A DNA stretch of 64,000 nucleotides. Origin: Candidatus Aenigmatarchaeota archaeon (GTDB taxonomy: Archaea; Aenigmatarchaeota; Aenigmatarchaeia; Aenigmatarchaeales; JACQIB01). A model generated the notes under the pieces. It did not search any database and was not told the DNA's origin. It saw only the letters and a list, made by a program, of their open reading frames with translations. Where the stretch lies: assembly GCA_043799675.1 (NCBI GenBank), contig JAZDNN010000024.1, positions 32,412-96,411 of the forward strand, read 5' to 3'. Made by a program: the position numbers and the translations under genes. Of the stretch, positions 59,400-64,000 are shown piece by piece; position 1 is the first letter of the stretch; each line of letters begins with the position of its first letter.

Positions 59400-61415
59400 A
59401 TGCACCTTAGGACCGTAGCGTTACTTGCCGCATTGGTTCTGGTGAGCGGCTGCGTGGGGCAGGGAGGGACCGATGCGGAATTCACGGGAACGCTGCCGCA
59501 GCAGGCCGTCATAGGATACATGGACCAGACGGGCCACAGCCTCGAGATGACCGGCTATCCGGGCTATGTGTACATTTTTGCAAACACGTCCACGGCAAAT
59601 GACATAATCAAGGAAGCGATAGAAGTGAACGGCGGCGAGATTGTTGATTCGCTGTCGGACGCGGGCATCTACACCGTAAAGGTGGACACGGGAAAGGAAG
59701 GGACGTTCCTTTCGGCCATGTACGGGCAGAGCTGGTTCGTTGACGGCTCGCCGGCGTTTGAATTCGATATAAGCGACATGTTCATGTACGACTTCTTCAG
59801 CCACGCCGCGAACCCGAGCAGCTGCAAGGACGACCACGGCGATCTGGGCAGGCTGAAGGCGGAGAGCCTTGGCGGCACCGTCAATTCCATCGACGTGCGG
59901 AGCGTAACAGGTACGCAGACCGTGGGGATGGCGAAATCAATAATACAGAAAGCGGAGGACGCGGAAAGCAGGGGTGTTCCTGCGGTATTCAGCTTCTCGC
60001 TCCAGTCCCATGAATCCAAAATCACGCACATAACGGACGATGCCAGGGCGGGTGGCTGCCTCGTCCCCAATTGCACAATCGTCCGCAACGCGCAGCGCGC
60101 TTTCCTGCGCACGTTCTTCCAGACCATGGACGCCGAGATAAGGGCCAATCCAAGGGTAGCCGACAACATGATGCTGGTGATAGCTTCGGGAAATGCGGGC
60201 GCAGACCTGGACAACCAGCTCAGGAGCCTGAAGCAGAGGTATCCGGAAGCGTACAAGAGGATAAAGATAGTCGGCGGCTCCTTTGAGAACGGCGCCATCA
60301 TTCAACAGTACAACTACATGAAGGACAACTCAGGCATCGACATGGCGTACGCAAGGGGGACAAATGTCCAGATATACAACCCCGACACGGGCACGACCAC
60401 GTTATGCCACGGCACTTCTTTCGCAGCGCCCGAAGTGGCCGCAGTGCTCAACGAGATATGGACGAGGAATCCCACGCTGACTTCTGACCAGGTCATCGAC
60501 GCGTTCAACCGTGCGCTGGCTGAACTGGGCACCAACGGCGTGATGCCGCAGGACCAGTACGGCGAGACCACTACCGCCTTCATAGACCGCGCCTCCGCAC
60601 TGGCAGGCAATCCCAACGGCGGGGGAGGAGTGACGCCTCCGGCCGGCAGCATAACGTTCACGGGGCCGTCCCTTCTGACAGCAACGAAAGGCGGGGTGTT
60701 CAGCTATTCGCTCTGCAAACCCGATGTCGCGGGACCGGGCGCAACGTGCGGCGGCCTGGTACAAGCCACAAACCCGACCGGGGGCAGCCCGCCGTATTCC
60801 ATCTCAATCAGCTCGGGCGGGGGATTCCTGCCGCCCGGAATAACGCTGAACCTGAACGGCCTGCTGAAAGGCACGCCGACGACCAAGGGGAACTACCCGT
60901 TCAGGGTCTGCGCAAGGGACGGGGCAGGGCTTGAGGGCTGCACGAACGTCGTGATAAACGTAGAAGAAGCGGTGCCGGTGCAGCCGACCGAGACGACCTA
61001 CAGCGGCCAGTTCAGCGGAAGCGGACAATACGGAAGACCGTGGCCGGAATACGGCACCACCTGCGTGTTTGACGACAGTTTCTCCGGAACGATGGACCTG
61101 GACATGACCGAGGCGGCAGGAGGTTCAGTGAGCGGCACCGCGACGATCACAGGGACGTTCACCTCCAACACAGTGTCGGGGAGCGTGCCCGGCTTCGATT
61201 GCCTGAGCAGCTCTGTCTCGATGGACGGCTCTGCAACGGTCTCTGGAACAACGAGCAACATCATATTCACCCACCACTTCTACACGGCGGGAGGGAGCGA
61301 CTATGCGGGCGCATTCACAGGCTCGCTGAGCGGAAGCACGATAACGGGCACGTTCACTGAAACTTCTACATGTTGCTCTGGCTCGGTCTCAATACCGGTC
61401 ACGCTGGCGGCATAG
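59400..61415 (+). CDS. Subtilase (S8)-like lipoprotein with Ig-like domain
   Basis: SGCVG lipobox; DHG, ASGNAG, GTSFAAPEVA; LPPG.TL...G.L.GTPT Ig-like module. Confidence 0.8.
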   Translation: MHLRTVALLAALVLVSGCVGQGGTDAEFTGTLPQQAVIGYMDQTGHSLEMTGYPGYVYIFANTSTANDIIKEAIEVNGGEIVDSLSDAGIYTVKVDTGKEGTFLSAMYGQSWFVDGSPAFEFDISDMFMYDFFSHAANPSSCKDDHGDLGRLKAESLGGTVNSIDVRSVTGTQTVGMAKSIIQKAEDAESRGVPAVFSFSLQSHESKITHITDDARAGGCLVPNCTIVRNAQRAFLRTFFQTMDAEIRANPRVADNMMLVIASGNAGADLDNQLRSLKQRYPEAYKRIKIVGGSFENGAIIQQYNYMKDNSGIDMAYARGTNVQIYNPDTGTTTLCHGTSFAAPEVAAVLNEIWTRNPTLTSDQVIDAFNRALAELGTNGVMPQDQYGETTTAFIDRASALAGNPNGGGGVTPPAGSITFTGPSLLTATKGGVFSYSLCKPDVAGPGATCGGLVQATNPTGGSPPYSISISSGGGFLPPGITLNLNGLLKGTPTTKGNYPFRVCARDGAGLEGCTNVVINVEEAVPVQPTETTYSGQFSGSGQYGRPWPEYGTTCVFDDSFSGTMDLDMTEAAGGSVSGTATITGTFTSNTVSGSVPGFDCLSSSVSMDGSATVSGTTSNIIFTHHFYTAGGSDYAGAFTGSLSGSTITGTFTETSTCCSGSVSIPVTLAA

Positions 61416-61617
61416 GGCTGACGGAAACCTCGCGCAAATCTCTTCCGACCCTCTCCAAAATTACTTTTCTCTCGTTCTGGTCCACCGTATGAAGATAGTA
61501 TCCGATGTCCTGGTTCTTTACATCGGCATAATAAAACAACCTCTGCAGGGCCGCGTAAAGCCCGGGCTTGGGCTCCCACCTGATATTTTTGTACTCGAAA
61601 TTCACTATAGGGACCAT
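61399..61617 (-). CDS. Hypothetical protein
   Basis: Short ORF coupled to the next ORF. Confidence 0.45.
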   Translation of the reverse strand: MVPIVNFEYKNIRWEPKPGLYAALQRLFYYADVKNQDIGYYLHTVDQNERKVILERVGRDLREVSVSPMPPA

Positions 61618-61859
61618 CAGACCACCGCCACCGGGTCCCGCCTGAAATAATCACGCAGGTCCATGATGCCCTCGTATATTCGCTCTGAAATCCCTTTCCC
61701 GGTCCTGTCCCTGTAGTAAACATCACAAACCGCGAAGGTGCCCATTCCTGCCACCACGGGAAAGATGGCCATGCCTGCGGACAAGCTCGCAACAAAGCTC
61801 ATGCACGTCGCATGAACGTATCCGGCGTTATCGCACATATTCATGTCCACTATGTCCAT
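61617..61859 (-). CDS. Small hypothetical protein
   Basis: Short ORF with a hydrophobic segment. Confidence 0.4.
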   Translation of the reverse strand: MDIVDMNMCDNAGYVHATCMSFVASLSAGMAIFPVVAGMGTFAVCDVYYRDRTGKGISERIYEGIMDLRDYFRRDPVAVV

Positions 61860-62364
61860 GACAATCCAACACAATGCGAGGATTTAAAACAGAGCTTCCG
61901 CTCGCTTGCGGAATGGGAAAGAAAAATATTGAGATCAGCAGAGGAGAGCAAAACTTCAGCGCAGCCATGCACGCTTGCACGGCATGCGATTGAGGGGGTC
62001 CGGCTACCAAAATTGGCACAGCCAGCACTCACGCTAACAAGGCGAGCTTGCGCTCGCCAAGCTAGATGAGAGGCTGACCGCCAAAACCATTTGGCAGTTA
62101 GTGGACGCGGACTGAACACGTCGCCGAAGCTTCGTGCGTACATCCCGTCCCTATCAAGGAAGTCGTCTAGCTTCCAGCCAATGCCTATTTTTCCCGGCCG
62201 TTTCGCGCTTAGATGCCTTCAGCGCTTAAGGGCGATCGCGTGGCTGCCCGGCGTTGCCTTTCGACAACCGGTAAACCAGAGGCGACCGAGCGGCGTTCCT
62301 TTCGTACTTGCCGCTCGTTCGGGTCAGGCAATAGCACCCTCGGTAGATATAAACCGTACTGTCT

Positions 62365-63006
62365 ATGTCGTCCAACGTAGATCGTTTATGATACTTTCGT
62401 ATCATTGTATTGGACTTTTTCTCGGTGGGTCGAAAAAGAGTGTAGATCAATATAGACAGGAGTCTCTTTCATCTCTACATCTTTTCAAAAATTTTGCGTA
62501 TCCCGGAATCGTTGGCTCACTAGCTACTCCATTTCGCACATTCATAGCATTGGCTTGCGCCAGGCCATGTTGGGAGTGCATTGGGGCGGTGCGTTCATTG
62601 CCGCCAGGATACTTTACCGTGACTGGTATACCGTTTTCATAGCAGCGGTTATCAAACTCTGGAGTTCGAACATCACCGCACGGCCGCTCAAACTATCGAC
62701 ATTGATATTTCATAGCAGCCCGAGCTAACGCTCATGCTCAACGGTTCTTCTCGTCACGGAGCGGCAGCTCGCTTTGGTAAGCAAAGCTGCCAATTCGCAA
62801 GTCGATTGTGACTTCGGTCAAATCATCGCAACAGGCAAAGAAGACCTTCCGGTCTTCAGAGCTTTTGCTCGCTTGACTTCAGATTCTCTCATCCTTGCAA
62901 GACCCACCTATTTTCCGCGCGATAACACGCGCAAGGCTAGATGCACTAGCATTTGGTTGCCCTGCGCTGTCATCACAACAGATCCAATACTGATCCACAG
63001 TCAGAT
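62365..63006 (-). other. 23S BHB intron (~E. coli 2597), 642 nt, no long ORF
   Basis: GUCG-UG^A-UCUGAC ... GUUGGA-CGAC-AU^A; splicing restores GUCGUGAGACAG. Confidence 0.88.
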
Positions 63007-63027
63007 CACGACGTACTGAACCCAGCT

Positions 63028-63120
63028 CTGACGAGAAGCCAAGAGTTGGATATAGATAATTCTGTCTACCAATCTCAAAATTGGAAGAATTACCCAAACC
63101 CGCATTCTCCTGCACTCCCT
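63028..63120 (-). other. 23S BHB intron (~E. coli 2576), about 93 nt
   Basis: GACG-UU^A-GGGAGU ... GCUUCU-CGUC-AG^A; boundary uncertain by 1 nt. Confidence 0.8.
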
Positions 63121-63246
63121 AACGTCCCCCTTTAATCAGTGAACACCTGCACCCTTGGCTGCTACTGCACAGCCAGGAGGGGGGAGCCGACAGCGAGGTA
63201 GCAACGCGCGGGGTCGATAGGAGCTCTCGCCCGCCACGACTCTGTT

Positions 63247-63888
63247 ATGAGGTGGCTAGCATAGAGAAGCGGTCTTCAACTTTTCTAAAAGCAATATTTG
63301 TTTTTCAGGGTGATGAAACCCGAACTTCTGCCGAAACTTTTTCAGATTCTGTATTCCATAGATGTGGAGAACCCATATCCCGCGCTTGTCTTGCAACAAG
63401 TGAACGGGTTTTATTCCGGCACGTTCCAAAACAGTTTTGGTGACATGAAGCAGTTCATGCTTCTTGTTGTATGCACGCAAGCTATAGCGTCGCTTTGAAA
63501 CGCTTCCTTCGGCGTCGAACAGACCCTGAACGAATCCTTTTTGAAATGAAGCCGGCATTGACAGAACTCTGCCAAAATCCTTTCTCATCTCAATGAGTTC
63601 GTTGTAAAGGTCCTTCGAATAAACCACAAGCCTGTAGTATTTTCTGCTCTTCCTTTGTCTGATACTGGACTTGAGGTGAAAACCCTGTTGAAGGGCTTTC
63701 CTTACTTCAAGCAGCCAGCGCCGATCCAACTGTTCTATTTCCAGGATGTATTCAAACTTCTTTTCCTTGAAGTAGACGGTCCCGTCCTCGGCCGCGCCGA
63801 AGACGAATCCGCGCTCGCGCTGCATGCAATAACATTGCCGAAGGTACAAATAAAGTTGAAGACCCAATTTTGTCTCTACGCTAGCCAT
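63247..63888 (-). mobile_element. 23S BHB intron (~E. coli 2449), 642 nt, encoding a homing endonuclease
   Basis: GGGG-AU^A-UGGCUAGCGUAGAGA ... UCUCUAUGCUAGCCA-CCUC-AU^A; splicing restores GGGGAUAACAG. Confidence 0.92.
63256..63888 (-). CDS. Intron-encoded LAGLIDADG homing endonuclease
   Basis: GFVFGAAEDG and GFVQGLFDAEGS; FGFHHPEK. Confidence 0.9.
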   Translation of the reverse strand: MASVETKLGLQLYLYLRQCYCMQRERGFVFGAAEDGTVYFKEKKFEYILEIEQLDRRWLLEVRKALQQGFHLKSSIRQRKSRKYYRLVVYSKDLYNELIEMRKDFGRVLSMPASFQKGFVQGLFDAEGSVSKRRYSLRAYNKKHELLHVTKTVLERAGIKPVHLLQDKRGIWVLHIYGIQNLKKFRQKFGFHHPEKQILLLEKLKTASLC

Positions 63889-64000
63889 ATCCCCGGGGTA
63901 GCTTTTCTGAAGTCACCGACGGCCATCAGTGCCCAGCTCGGTGTATCGCTATGCCCGACTTTCGTCTCTCAATCCTTTGCTTTGCGGGATCGAGTCAGGC

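Larger units (their letters stand above)
62080..64000 (-). rRNA. 23S rRNA, 3' part (domains V-VI), interrupted by three introns; 3' end approximate
   Basis: CAGAAAAGCUACCCCGGGGAU|AACAG, CUACCUCGCUGUCGGCU, GCUGGGUUCAG..GUCGUG|AGACAG, sarcin-ricin loop AGUACGAAAGGAAC, GCUGAAGGCAUCUAAGC. Confidence 0.96.

Noticed and set aside
61880..62080. 5S rRNA or tRNA after the 23S
   Set aside because: Hairpins are present but no 5S or cloverleaf consensus; likely the pre-rRNA trailer.
62365..63888. Two 23S introns both 642 nt long
   Set aside because: No sequence similarity seen between them; treated as coincidence.
1..64000. CRISPR array, tRNA genes, IS transposases and the many long antisense ORFs
   Set aside because: No regularly spaced direct repeats, cloverleaves or transposase motifs were seen; the antisense ORFs are shadows of GC-rich coding genes.

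Overview
Archaeal chromosomal window, most likely from a DPANN lineage. This is inferred from TFB, Rpo4, L35Ae, S26e, archaeal ArgRS, Trm1, archease/RtcB and many DPANN-style hypothetical proteins. It holds housekeeping genes, an isoprenoid gene cluster, a long island of secreted/lipoprotein genes and the 3' part of a 23S rRNA gene (minus strand) with three bulge-helix-bulge (BHB) introns. The main discovery is at 22.9-31.7 kb. A diversity-generating retroelement (DGR: reverse transcriptase, template repeat TR, 2-3 target genes) has its TR interrupted by three small BHB introns (17, 31 and 33 nt). Removing them at the canonical BHB cut sites gives a 92-nt TR that aligns without gaps to two variable repeats, with adenine-specific mismatches. 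The cassette lies one gene away from rtcB (the archaeal RNA-splicing ligase; its cofactor archease is nearby), and the rtcB mRNA itself carries a frame-breaking 31-nt BHB intron. This suggests mutagenic retrohoming gated by tRNA-type splicing, with a ligase that depends on its own activity. A further 206-nt BHB-bounded structured RNA precedes a small Lys/Arg-rich ORF. All structures were read by eye; no folding or database search was run.
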